A stretch of DNA of 63,823 bases, filler included, from an uncultured bacterium (GTDB lineage Bacteria > CAYJRR01), in the NCBI GenBank assembly GCA_964372275.1. It is 3 parts of 3 records of this genome, joined end to end, with 100 filler letters (N's around TTAATTAATTAA, not from the genome) between each part and the next. Parts side by side here need not be neighbours in the genome. Positions count along the whole stretch, not along the records: positions 1 to 26,273 come from CAYJRR010000065.1; positions 26,374 to 52,235 come from CAYJRR010000066.1; 1 more part is not named here. The stretch is one strand, 5' to 3'. Positions within the stretch are counted from its first letter, which is position 1, and every line of letters begins with the position of its first letter. Under the pieces are notes generated by a model. The model did no database searches, was not told the DNA's origin, and saw only the letters and a program-made list of their open reading frames with translations. Position numbers and translations under genes: made by a program. Shown piece after piece: positions 23,595-32,387 of the stretch.

Positions 23595-25874
23595 TTGTTG
23601 CCGATCCTGCCCGTTGCCGCCCTGTTGCTCGTCACAGCCTCCGCGGGCGAACCGGCGACCGAAGCGACGGACCCCGACTACGAGCCTCCCGCGCACGAAC
23701 ACACCGCCGAGGACCTGAAGGCGCTCTTCGGGCGGCCGATCTCCGCACAGGAGGCGGCCGCGGTCCACGGAGAGGACGCCGAAACGCTGGTGCGCCACCT
23801 GGAGGTCACCCGCCGGAACGGGAACTGCGCCGGCGCGATCCTCCACGCCCGCGAGATCCTCGCCGCCAGCCCCGACGACATCCCGGCGCTGCACGCGGTC
23901 GAGGAATGCACGCGATCCCTCAACGTCTCGTCGCACGACTACACCGACACGGCCAAGGCGGTCTTCGAGAACTCCCGCATTCTCTCCCTCGTTCCCGAGC
24001 TGCTCGACATGGCCCAGGTGAAGGACTTGGTCCCGATCCTCCGCGAGGTCCAGACCAAAGGGAACAAGAGCGTCACGGACTACCTGATGCTGCAGGCGCT
24101 CTACGAGAAGCTCGGCGAACCGGAGAACCAGATCCACGCGTTGGAGGACGCGATCGCGGCCGATCCCGACGATCCGCGGCCGCTCTTGCTGCTCGCGTCG
24201 CGGCGGTTCCGCGACGGCGAACGGGCGGCGGCGAGGGCGCTCTACCGCGGATACCTCGCGTCGCCGCGGAGCCGCGAGAGCAAACCCTACCTGCGGGCCT
24301 ACATCGCGGCGCTCGCCCATCCGTGGATCGCCATGGCGATCCTCCTTTCGTCGACCTGGGTGACCGGTTTCCTCGCGCTTCAGCGGAGCCGTCAACGGGT
24401 GGAGGCGCTGCAAGGGGCGCTGGACCTCGGAACGTTCCACCGCTGGCTCCCCGCGATGGGGGCGGTTCTGCCGTTGGTGATGGCGATCGACTTCCTGGTG
24501 ACCGCCAAGGCGCTGCCGTTCGGGATCCTGGTGGTGATGCTCTTTTGCGCCGGCGCCGCCCTGGTGGTGCCCCCACTGTTCGAGCGTCTCCGGCCGGTCG
24601 GCGCCGCCGCGCGCTCGCTGGTCACCTCGCTCTTCACCGAGCGGTTCGCGCGGGCGATGGACTTCGTCCCGCCCGGCTGGCGCATCCTGTTCGCACTGGG
24701 GGCCGTCTTCGTGATGGGCGCGATCGTCCCGACGATCGCCGATCCCGACCTGCGATACGGGGTGATGCTCTTCTCCGCGCTCCTCTTCTTCGGGACGGTC
24801 GGCTCGTTGCTGGTCACCTTCCTGCAGTACAGCGCCTCGCTGCGCCGGTCGCTGCGCTGGATCGGGATCGCCGCGACGATCCCGTTCCTGGTGATGTTCG
24901 TCGTCTCCAAGTGGGACGACATCGGCGCACCGCTGATGCGGGCCGAGCTCCCCTCGCGGCGGGCGGTCGGCGATCTGTCGGAGTTCCTGGTGATGTGGGG
25001 GGTGTGCCTCTTCCTGGCGCTGCACCTCTCCCGCATCCTCGCCGACGCCCTCACCCGGCCGGTGAAGGAGATGATGGAGCGCGTCGCGCAGATCGAGCGC
25101 GGCGATTTCCAGGCGCGGGTGGAGGTGCGGTCGAAGGACGAGATCGGCGATCTCGGCCACGCGGTGAACCGCATGGCAGGTGGACTCGCCCGGCGGGAGT
25201 TCGTGGAGAGGACGTTCCGCCGCTACGTCGACAAGCAGGTGGCGGAGAAGATCCTCTCCGGCAGCGACGAAGGGCTGCGGGTCGAAGGGCGCCGGATGCG
25301 CGCAGTGGTGCTCTTCTCCGACATCCGCGGCTTCACCACCATGTCCGAGAAGATGGCCCCGGAGCAGGTGGTGGCGTTCCTCAACGAATACTTCCAGCGG
25401 ATGGTGGGGGTGATCGTCCGCCACGGCGGGGTGATCGACAAGTTCATCGGCGACGCGATCATGGCGGTGTGGGGCGTGCCGACGCCGCGCCCCGACGCCG
25501 CCCTCTGCGCCGTCACCGCCGCGCTCGGGATGCGCGAGGAGATGGCAAAACTCAACGCCGAGTTCGAGTCCAAGGGCCACCCACGCATCGGCGTCGGCAT
25601 CGGCATCAACGCCGGCGACGTGGTCGCCGGATCGATCGGCAGCTCCGATCGCCTCGAGTACACCGTCATCGGCGACGTGGTGAACACCGCTCAGCGTGGC
25701 GAAGCGAACTCACTGGCGCAACAGATCCTGGTGACGAAGCCGGTCTACGAGGAATTGAAGGGGCGCCTGCGGGCGACGGCGCTGGAGGGGCGGCTGGTGA
25801 AAGGGAAGACGGAGCCGGTTTATTTTTGGGCGGTGGAGGGGTTGGAGGAGGAGAAAGACCGCGCGGCGGGGTGA
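23595..25874 (+). CDS. Class III adenylate cyclase with TPR, multi-TM and HAMP domains (start approximate)
   Basis: 'VLFSDIRGFT', 'IDKFIGDAIMA', 'GIGINAG', 'EYTVIGDVVNTAQR', 'VKGK'; HAMP 'TRPVKEM...DEIGDLGHAVNRM'; TPR 'AIAADPDDPRPLLLLA'. The K and T specificity residues indicate ATP as substrate. Confidence 0.9.
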   Translation: MLPILPVAALLLVTASAGEPATEATDPDYEPPAHEHTAEDLKALFGRPISAQEAAAVHGEDAETLVRHLEVTRRNGNCAGAILHAREILAASPDDIPALHAVEECTRSLNVSSHDYTDTAKAVFENSRILSLVPELLDMAQVKDLVPILREVQTKGNKSVTDYLMLQALYEKLGEPENQIHALEDAIAADPDDPRPLLLLASRRFRDGERAAARALYRGYLASPRSRESKPYLRAYIAALAHPWIAMAILLSSTWVTGFLALQRSRQRVEALQGALDLGTFHRWLPAMGAVLPLVMAIDFLVTAKALPFGILVVMLFCAGAALVVPPLFERLRPVGAAARSLVTSLFTERFARAMDFVPPGWRILFALGAVFVMGAIVPTIADPDLRYGVMLFSALLFFGTVGSLLVTFLQYSASLRRSLRWIGIAATIPFLVMFVVSKWDDIGAPLMRAELPSRRAVGDLSEFLVMWGVCLFLALHLSRILADALTRPVKEMMERVAQIERGDFQARVEVRSKDEIGDLGHAVNRMAGGLARREFVERTFRRYVDKQVAEKILSGSDEGLRVEGRRMRAVVLFSDIRGFTTMSEKMAPEQVVAFLNEYFQRMVGVIVRHGGVIDKFIGDAIMAVWGVPTPRPDAALCAVTAALGMREEMAKLNAEFESKGHPRIGVGIGINAGDVVAGSIGSSDRLEYTVIGDVVNTAQRGEANSLAQQILVTKPVYEELKGRLRATALEGRLVKGKTEPVYFWAVEGLEEEKDRAAG

Positions 25875-25880
25875 CACGCT

Positions 25881-26038
25881 CCGTGGCCGAATCCGTAGCC
25901 GTAGCCGTAGCCGTATCCGATCCGAGTCCGACGCCGTGGCCGATCCGAATCCGAAGGCGGTGCTCGGACTCCGAGACCGTCATCGGTAATCGGATCGGTT
26001 TCGGACCGGATACGGCTACCGATACGGGTCGGCTACGG
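25881..26038. repeat. Fold-back array of degenerate 5-6-mer repeats (CCGNNN then NNNCGG)
   Basis: ccgtgg ccgaat ccgtag ccgtag ccgtag ccgtat ccgat ccgagt ccgacg ccgtgg ccgat ccgaat ccgaag; central ctcggactccgag; then atcgg/aatcgg/tttcgg/atacgg/gtcgg/ctacgg units. Confidence 0.85.
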
Positions 26039-26164
26039 ACCCCGGCTCGGGTGCTCGCCGTCGGCCCGGCGAGGAGCGCGCCGCCAAAACTGCCGGCGTC
26101 ACGCTCCTCGCTTCCGCGCCTCCTCTCGCTTCGGAGGTCATTGAGTTGCGTCGTCGCTCCACGG

Positions 26165-26223
26165 GTCTGTCCGCCTCGTTCCTTTCTCGTCGGGGGGCGA
26201 AGAAAGGAACGAGGCGGACAGAC
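26165..26223. repeat. Perfect 23-bp inverted repeat with a 13-nt loop
   Basis: gtctgtccgcctcgttcctttct (26165-26187) / agaaaggaacgaggcggacagac (26201-26223). Confidence 0.9.
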
Positions 26224-26245
26224 AACCTTCGTGGAGGGCGAAAAG

Positions 26246-26273
26246 ATGGGGTTCCAGGCATACGACGTGGCGT
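26246..26273 (+). CDS. 5' fragment of a gene (MGFQAYDVA...), probably a four-helix-bundle (23S rRNA IVP-like) protein; truncated by the gap
   Basis: RBS ggaggg at ~26233 and ATG at 26246. The N-terminus resembles four-helix-bundle starts and lies next to a short-unit repeat array, but only 9 codons are visible. Confidence 0.4.
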
Positions 26274-26373
26274 NNNNNNNNNNNNNNNNNNNNNNNNNNN
26301 NNNNNNNNNNNNNNNNNTTAATTAATTAANNNNNNNNNNNNNNNNNNNNNNNNNNNNNNNNNNNNNNNNNNNN
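26274..26373. other. Assembly gap / contig linker (Ns with TTAATTAATTAA)
   Basis: 100 nt of N containing ttaattaattaa (stops in all six frames) at 26318-26329. Confidence 0.98.
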
Positions 26374-26447
26374 GAGCGGGAGACGAGGCTCGAACTCGCG
26401 ACCCTCAGCTTGGGAAGCTGATGCTCTACCAACTGAGCTACTCCCGC
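26374..26447 (-). tRNA. tRNA-Gly (anticodon CCC); 3' end cut by the contig edge
   Basis: Reverse complement GCGGGAGTAGCTCAGTTGGTAGAGCATCAGCTTCCCAAGCTGAGGGTCGCGAGTTCGAGCCTCGTCTCCCGCTC; D-loop, CCC anticodon and TTCGA T-loop all present. Confidence 0.97.
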
Positions 26448-26586
26448 GATCGCGGGACATACGTAGCCAACGGGGGGCCGGGCGTCAAGGGCGCAGAGGG
26501 TGGGCGAATCCGGCGGCCCCGGAGGTGCGGGCCGGTGGTTTGACCGCGCTTCCGGGGGATTGGTAGCGTCGAGCGCGGCGTCCGGC

Positions 26587-27468
26587 ATGGCTCGATCGAT
26601 CCGACAGGCGCTCGTCGTCTACAAGAAGAGCGCGTGGGAGCAGTACGCCAAGGGACGGCGCGGGAGGGTGATCGGGGCGTCGGCGCGGGCGGCGATGCTG
26701 CGGACGCACAAGCGGCACCTCGACACGCTCGACGCGGTGAAGCGGGAGCTCGCGCGGGCGGGGGTGAGCTTCCGCAGCACCTCGCGGACCGATCTCGAGC
26801 CGATGCTGGCGGCGGGGCGCGAGCCGGATCTGTTCGTCTCGATCGGCGGCGACGGAACCTTCCTCGAGACGAGCCACCACGTGCGGCGCGGGCTCCTGCT
26901 CGGCGTCAACAGCTCCCCCGAGGACTCGGTCGGCTTCTTCTGCGCGGCGACGCGCAAGACGTTCGCCTCGGCGCTCGATCGGCTGCTCGCCGGGCGCGCC
27001 GCCGAGGTGCTCCTCCAACGACTCGAGGTGAAGGCCGGCGGACGGCGGCTGCCGACGCTCGCGCTGAACGACGTGCTCGTCACCCACGCGAGCCCGGGCG
27101 CGACCTCCCGCTACGTGCTCCGGATCGGCGGCGTCGAGGAGTTCCACCGCAGCTCCGGCGTCTGGATCTCGACCGCCGCCGGCAGCACCGCCGGGATCCG
27201 CGCCGCCGGGGGGACCCGCCTTCCGATCACCTCGGACCGTTTCCAGTTCGTGGTGCGCGAGCTCTACCGCCCTCCCGGCCATCCCCGGTTCCGCCTGGGC
27301 GCGGGGGTCCTCCGCGCCGGCGACGAGATCCGCCTCGTCTCGCGCATGGCCGACGGGACGATCTTCGTCGACGGCCCGCGCCACCGGACGCCGCTCACCC
27401 TCGGTGAACGCGTGACGGTTCGCCTCTCCAAGCGACCGCTGCGCGCGATGCTCGACGCGCCGATTTGA
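26587..27468 (+). CDS. NAD(H) kinase family protein
   Basis: 'SIGGDGTFL', 'GVNS', 'LNDVL', 'SSGVWISTAAGSTA'. Confidence 0.9.
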   Translation: MARSIRQALVVYKKSAWEQYAKGRRGRVIGASARAAMLRTHKRHLDTLDAVKRELARAGVSFRSTSRTDLEPMLAAGREPDLFVSIGGDGTFLETSHHVRRGLLLGVNSSPEDSVGFFCAATRKTFASALDRLLAGRAAEVLLQRLEVKAGGRRLPTLALNDVLVTHASPGATSRYVLRIGGVEEFHRSSGVWISTAAGSTAGIRAAGGTRLPITSDRFQFVVRELYRPPGHPRFRLGAGVLRAGDEIRLVSRMADGTIFVDGPRHRTPLTLGERVTVRLSKRPLRAMLDAPI

Positions 27469-27541
27469 CTCCCGCCCGAGCGGGCAGGAGGATCGGCGGC
27501 GTTTCTCGGACACGAACCCTTTTCCTCAAGGAGAGGACGAG

Positions 27542-28054
27542 ATGAAGAGACGACTGGGCCTGTTTGCGGCAATGACCCTGTCCACGGCGGCCTACGCCGG
27601 AGAGCACGCCGGCAAGGCGGCGGAGCACGGCGGCAAGGCGGCGCCGAGCGGGAAGGCGGCGATCCTGAGCCCGGCGACGGCGACCTGGACGGCGATGGGC
27701 GACAACAAGGGTGGTCCCTGGCTGTCGATCATCCAGGGCGACATGAAGACCGGGCCGTTCACCGCCTACGCGAAGTTCAAAGCGGGTTGGGAGTCGGGCT
27801 GGCACACCCACAACGCGAACTTCTCGGCGGTGTTGATCGAGGGGACCGTCTGGCAGGCGGAGCAGGGGAACGAGGGAACGACCTACAGCAGCGCCGGCCA
27901 AGCCTGGGCCACCACCGCCGGGACGAACCACTCCGACAAGTGCGTCGGGAAGAAGGACTGCGTGATCTTCCTCTCGATGGGCGGCGCGATGTCCTTCAAT
28001 CCGATGACCGCCGACGGGAAGCCGGCTCCGGCCCCCGCGGCGAAGACGAACTGA
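27542..28054 (+). CDS. Secreted cupin-fold (DUF4437-like) protein, paralogue 1
   Basis: Signal peptide; 'GWHTHNANFSAVLIEG', 'GTNHSDKC', 'KDCVIF'. Confidence 0.8.
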   Translation: MKRRLGLFAAMTLSTAAYAGEHAGKAAEHGGKAAPSGKAAILSPATATWTAMGDNKGGPWLSIIQGDMKTGPFTAYAKFKAGWESGWHTHNANFSAVLIEGTVWQAEQGNEGTTYSSAGQAWATTAGTNHSDKCVGKKDCVIFLSMGGAMSFNPMTADGKPAPAPAAKTN

Positions 28055-28072
28055 TCGTTTCGTCCGACGGCC

Positions 28073-28101
28073 GGCGCCGGCTTCGACCCGAGGCCGGCGC
28101 C
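28073..28101. terminator. GC hairpin between convergent genes
   Basis: ggcgccggcttcg-accc-gaggccggcgcc. Confidence 0.5.
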
Positions 28102-28127
28102 CGCGCCGTTTCCGGGTCGGCTCGCTC

Positions 28128-28742
28128 CTAGAGTCCGTACCAGGACGCGCCGAGCATCAGCGAGACGTTGATCGCGCCGATGTCCCCCTCGTCGTCGTCG
28201 GGGTACATCGAGGCCATCGAGGTCAGTTCGGCGTTGAGCGACAGGTCGCGCAGCTGCAGCCATTCGATGCCGAGGCCGGCGGTGACGCCGGGGGACCAGC
28301 GATCCTCCTCGACGGTCGCGCCGAGCATCAGGACCGGCTCCTCGAACTCGGGCTCCTCGGCCTCCTTCACCCGGAACCGCGCCATCCCGCCGCCGAGCCG
28401 GGCGTAGATGCGCCGCGTCGGGTGGAACTGCAGGGCGGCGCCGAAGACGGTGTGCATCGTCGTGCCGTCGTTGACGAAGTCGATCATCGCCATCGCGAGC
28501 GAGCCCTTCTGGAGGCGGGACCCGAGCCGGATCGAGACGGCCGACCCTTCGCTGACGATCTCCTTGGCGTCCTCGGGGAGGACGTGCAGCTCGCCCACCC
28601 CGCCGGAGATCGAAGCGGTGATCCCACGGCGCTCGATCGGCCGGGTCGGGGCGCCAACCGCCTCCTCCCCTTCCTCCGCCGAGGCGACGGGTGCCGCCAG
28701 CAGCGCGGCGACGAGACTGGCGACGGCGTTTCTTCGATTCAT
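28128..28742 (-). CDS. Small outer-membrane beta-barrel-like protein
   Basis: Signal peptide (MNRRNAVASLVAALLAAPVASA); alternating strands 'IYARLGGGMARF', 'GVTAGLGIEWL'; C-terminal 'LMLGASWY'. Confidence 0.65.
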   Translation of the reverse strand: MNRRNAVASLVAALLAAPVASAEEGEEAVGAPTRPIERRGITASISGGVGELHVLPEDAKEIVSEGSAVSIRLGSRLQKGSLAMAMIDFVNDGTTMHTVFGAALQFHPTRRIYARLGGGMARFRVKEAEEPEFEEPVLMLGATVEEDRWSPGVTAGLGIEWLQLRDLSLNAELTSMASMYPDDDEGDIGAINVSLMLGASWYGL

Positions 28743-28763
28743 GGTTCTCCTGCCACCCTCCGG

Positions 28764-29432
28764 CTACAGCCGGTTGAGGGTCTCCTTCCGTTTGCGGCGG
28801 TACTCGTCGCGACTGATCAGTCCGCGTTCGACGAGCGATTGCAGCTCGAGGAGCTGCCGGCGCGCCTGCTCCTCGGTGAGCCGCGCCACCGTGGCCACCG
28901 GGGCGATCGACCTCTCCGCGGTCGCCGATCCCCCGTCGCCCGCGCCGCCCGCGTCCGCCTTCGAGCCGGCGATCGGGGCGCCGATCGAAGGGCCGGGGAG
29001 CGTGGCGCGGTGATGGTCCATCTCGACGCGTCCCTGGAAGTAGACGACGTGCAGCTGCCCCCCCGCGATGTAGAGGAAGTGGCGCCGGAGCTGCTCCTCG
29101 GCGAAGCCGTCGGCCCAGGCGGTGATGCGCACCTTCTCCTCCGGCCGCATCCGCGCCAGCTCCGCGGCGACCGGCGCCGCCAGCACCGCGACGTCCTCCT
29201 CGCTGAACAGCCCGCTTCCCCGCATCCCGGCGGCGATCCCGCGCACCTCGACGACCGTCGCCACGTGCTCGCCGAAGCGGGGATCGATCACCACGCCGAC
29301 CGCCTTCTCCGACTCGGTCTCGATCGAACGAAGGAATTCGGTGGGAGGCGGCGCGACCCGGGCGTGCGTCGACCCCGCGCACGCGGCGGCAAGTGCGGCC
29401 CAGACGAGAGGGACGAACCGCCGCATGGTCAT
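28764..29432 (-). CDS. Lipoprotein with a C-terminal SHOCT domain
   Basis: 'MTMRRFVPLVWAALAAAC' lipobox; C-terminus 'QLLELQSLVERGLISRDEYRRKRKETL' (SHOCT); ATGA overlap with the upstream gene. Confidence 0.8.
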   Translation of the reverse strand: MTMRRFVPLVWAALAAACAGSTHARVAPPPTEFLRSIETESEKAVGVVIDPRFGEHVATVVEVRGIAAGMRGSGLFSEEDVAVLAAPVAAELARMRPEEKVRITAWADGFAEEQLRRHFLYIAGGQLHVVYFQGRVEMDHHRATLPGPSIGAPIAGSKADAGGAGDGGSATAERSIAPVATVARLTEEQARRQLLELQSLVERGLISRDEYRRKRKETLNRL

Positions 29433-30211
29433 CGCCGCATCGGGACGGGACCGCCGGCGCGCTCGAGCAGGTAGCCCTCGGGGCTGTTGTCGTCGACCAC
29501 CAGCTTGCTCGAGCCGATCCCTTCGGTGGTGAAGGGGTCGCCGCCGTGCGTCGGCCGCGCGTTGGCGACGATCCGGGCCCGGCCCATGAGCGTGAAGGTG
29601 TGCTTGAAGGGGCGGTCGGCCTTGGCCCACAGAAGCGCCGCCGCCGGCGCCCCGAAGGTGACGAGCCCCCCGATCATCGAGCGGTTGGCGCTGCTCTCGC
29701 CGCTGTTGAACAGGGCGTAGCCGGCGAGCGGTCCGCCGACGAGCAGTCCCAGTTGTTTGGTGAGCAGCGGCTCGTCGGTGCGCACCCGATCGCGGGAGTC
29801 GACGCCGGCCCACGAGATCCCGATCGCCACCCGGTAGTCGGGGACCTCCTCCTTCTGGGCCACCAGCGCCGGACCGGAGATCCCCGGGACGAAGACCAGC
29901 GGCTCGGGACGATCGATCACCCGTGCGCCGATCCGCGCCAGCTTCCCTTCGACCTGGAGCTGCACGTAGTCCAGGAGATCGGCGTCGGAGTGGGGGAGCA
30001 CCCCCGCGCGCTCGACCCGCACCGACTTCCCCTTCAGCGCCATCAGGTCGAGCGCCTCGACCGCCTCGTCGACGGCGATCGCCAGCAGGCGTTGCTGGTT
30101 CGGAACGCGGATCGGGATCGGCTGCCGGTCGAGCGGAACGGTCTCCTTGCTGTAAGCGCAACCGGCGGCGGCGAGCAGCAACGCCGACGCGACGACACGC
30201 ATGAACGACAT
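29429..30211 (-). CDS. Hypothetical lipoprotein
   Basis: 'MSFMRVVASALLLAAAGC' lipobox; internal Gly/Ala-rich hydrophobic hairpin. Confidence 0.7.
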   Translation of the reverse strand: MSFMRVVASALLLAAAGCAYSKETVPLDRQPIPIRVPNQQRLLAIAVDEAVEALDLMALKGKSVRVERAGVLPHSDADLLDYVQLQVEGKLARIGARVIDRPEPLVFVPGISGPALVAQKEEVPDYRVAIGISWAGVDSRDRVRTDEPLLTKQLGLLVGGPLAGYALFNSGESSANRSMIGGLVTFGAPAAALLWAKADRPFKHTFTLMGRARIVANARPTHGGDPFTTEGIGSSKLVVDDNSPEGYLLERAGGPVPMRR

Positions 30212-30270
30212 CGACCCGTTCCCTCCCGAGGCGCGGAGCATACCGCAACGCCCGACGGCTGTCGCCGGAC

Positions 30271-32283
30271 CTACATCTCCTCGAGGATCTTCTTCCGCCG
30301 CTCGTCGTACTCGGCGTCGGAAATGATGCCGTCGTCGTGCAGGCGCTTGAGCGCTTCGAGGCGCTGGGTCCGGTCGGAGACGGGATCGTCGAAGTGGCCG
30401 TCGAGCGGGAACCGGTCGTCGGTCTCGTCGGGCGTCGCCGCGGAGAGGGGCCGCGCAGTTTCCGCCGCGGCCGCCGATCGGGGCGTCGCGGGGCGGCGGG
30501 GCGGCGCCGCGCCGATTCGAGGCGTCGCCGATGCGCCGGCGCGAGCGGGGCCGGCGACGGGGGCGTCGGCGCGCGGGGGGCTCGCGGCGGGGACGTCGGC
30601 GCGCGCGGGAATCGCGGCGGGTGCGCCGCCACGCGCGGGGTCGCCGGCGTGCGCCGCGGCGGCGTCCCGCCGGTCGGCCGCGCCCGGCGCGGGCGCACGT
30701 CGATCGGCCTGGCCTCGACCGCCGAGCCACAGCCCGAGCAGCAGCGCCGCCACCACCCCCGACGCCGCCAATGCGATCCACGGCATCGACCCGCCACGGG
30801 CCGCGGAACGTTCTGCCGCCGACTTGGATTCGTAGGCGCCCCGAAGGGTCTCCTCGGCGGCGGCGCCCGGAGCGGCGGCCTCCGCCGCCATCCGATCGGC
30901 CCGTCGCTCTCCGGGCGTCCCCGGGCGGCCGAGCATCCGCGTCTCGCCCCCCACGCCGAGGACGACCGTCGCCGCGTCGGTCGGCGACGACGTGCCGGCC
31001 GTGGGACCTACCGCCCCGGCCGCCCGATCGGACACGCCCGGCCCGATCCGTGTCGCCCCCGCGTCGCGCGGCGCGCTCGCCCGCGTGGCGGTCGCCTCCC
31101 CGGCAATCGCGGCGCTCGCGACCTCGGTCCCGCCCCGGAAGTCGGGACTCCCCTCCAGTCGGGTCAACAGCTCGTGGCGGTTCTCGTGTTCGGCGATCGC
31201 CTGCAGCCAGGTCGCGTCCGGCAGGAGCGACTTCGACTGGAGCGTCCTCGCCCCCTCCTCCTCGGCGGGGCGGTCGACTTCGGTCGACGCCCCGCGGGAC
31301 GCGCTCGCCGCGGTCGAGGTCGCGCGCGCGGCCGGCGCCGGTCGCCCCTCCGACGAGGTCGGCTCGCCCCCCTCGGCCGCGCACTCCGCCTCGAACAGCT
31401 CGCGCATCAGCGCCGCCAGCTCTTCGCGCACCGCCGGTCCGCTTCCTTGCAGCTGCGCGTGGAGGTCGGCCTCCATCTCGCGCGCGTGCGGGTAGCGCGC
31501 CTCCCGGTCGACTTGCAGCGCCCGCTCCAGGATCGGGCGCGCCGCCTCCGGAACGTCGCGCAGGTCCTCGGCCGACGGCGCCCGGAAGCGGACCACCTTC
31601 TGATAGATCCCCTCGCTGTCGGCATCGGCAAACAGCCGCCGACCGCTGAACAGCTCGTGCATCACCACGCCGGCGGAGAACAGGTCGCTCCGGCCGTCGA
31701 GCGGGATCAGCTTCGCCTGCTCGGGGCTCAAGTAGAGGACCTTCCCCTTCCACATCCCGGTCGCCGTGCGCGGATGGGCGCTCGCCACCTTGGCGATCCC
31801 GAAGTCGGTGATCTTCACCTCGCCGCGATAGGAGACGAGCACGTTGTGCGGCGAGACGTCGCGGTGGACGATCCCCTCGTCGTGCGCATACCCGAGCGCC
31901 TTCGACATCTCGGAGATCGCGAACAGGGCGAGGCGCGCCGGCAGCGTGCGCCCGCGTTGGGCCAGACGCCGAAGGATCGTCGCCAGGTTTTGCCCGGCGA
32001 CGTACTCCATCGTGATGAAGTACTCCGCCCCCCCCGCGGACCCTTCCGCCTGGTTGAAGTCGAAGACCTGGACGATGTTCGGGTGGACCAGGCGGGCGAC
32101 GAGCTTCGCCTCCTCCACGAACATCTGGATGAACTCTTCGTCCTCCCCCAGGTGGGAGAGGATCCGCTTGATGGCGACGATCTTGGCGAAGCCGGCCGGA
32201 CCCTCCGCCCGGGCCTTCCAGATCTCCGCCATCCCGCCGGCGCCAACTTTGCGCAACAGCGTGTAGCGGCCGAGCCGGCTCAT
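30271..32283 (-). CDS. Hanks-type Ser/Thr kinase with a TM helix and C-terminal SHOCT domain
   Basis: 'GAGGMAEIW', 'VAIKR', 'HRDVSPHN', 'TDFGIAK', 'YLSPEQ', 'SDLFS'; TM 'WIALAASGVVAALLLGLWL'; C-terminus 'RLEALKRLHDDGIISDAEYDERRKKILEEM'. Confidence 0.93.
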   Translation of the reverse strand: MSRLGRYTLLRKVGAGGMAEIWKARAEGPAGFAKIVAIKRILSHLGEDEEFIQMFVEEAKLVARLVHPNIVQVFDFNQAEGSAGGAEYFITMEYVAGQNLATILRRLAQRGRTLPARLALFAISEMSKALGYAHDEGIVHRDVSPHNVLVSYRGEVKITDFGIAKVASAHPRTATGMWKGKVLYLSPEQAKLIPLDGRSDLFSAGVVMHELFSGRRLFADADSEGIYQKVVRFRAPSAEDLRDVPEAARPILERALQVDREARYPHAREMEADLHAQLQGSGPAVREELAALMRELFEAECAAEGGEPTSSEGRPAPAARATSTAASASRGASTEVDRPAEEEGARTLQSKSLLPDATWLQAIAEHENRHELLTRLEGSPDFRGGTEVASAAIAGEATATRASAPRDAGATRIGPGVSDRAAGAVGPTAGTSSPTDAATVVLGVGGETRMLGRPGTPGERRADRMAAEAAAPGAAAEETLRGAYESKSAAERSAARGGSMPWIALAASGVVAALLLGLWLGGRGQADRRAPAPGAADRRDAAAAHAGDPARGGAPAAIPARADVPAASPPRADAPVAGPARAGASATPRIGAAPPRRPATPRSAAAAETARPLSAATPDETDDRFPLDGHFDDPVSDRTQRLEALKRLHDDGIISDAEYDERRKKILEEM

Positions 32284-32387
32284 TCGGCGCAAATGTTATC
32301 ACGCCCGGTTGACGCCCGTAGGCCGTCGGGAGGAGGATCGGCGGCGCGTTTCGGGCACTCGACATCAACCACGAGGGAGAACCACGC

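Noticed and set aside
25881..26273. Diversity-generating retroelement (because four-helix-bundle proteins resemble Avd)
   Set aside because: No reverse transcriptase and no TR/VR pair with adenine-specific mismatches is visible in the window.
26318..26329. TTAATTAATTAA palindrome inside the N runs (also at ~52280)
   Set aside because: Artificial six-frame-stop contig linker, not biological.
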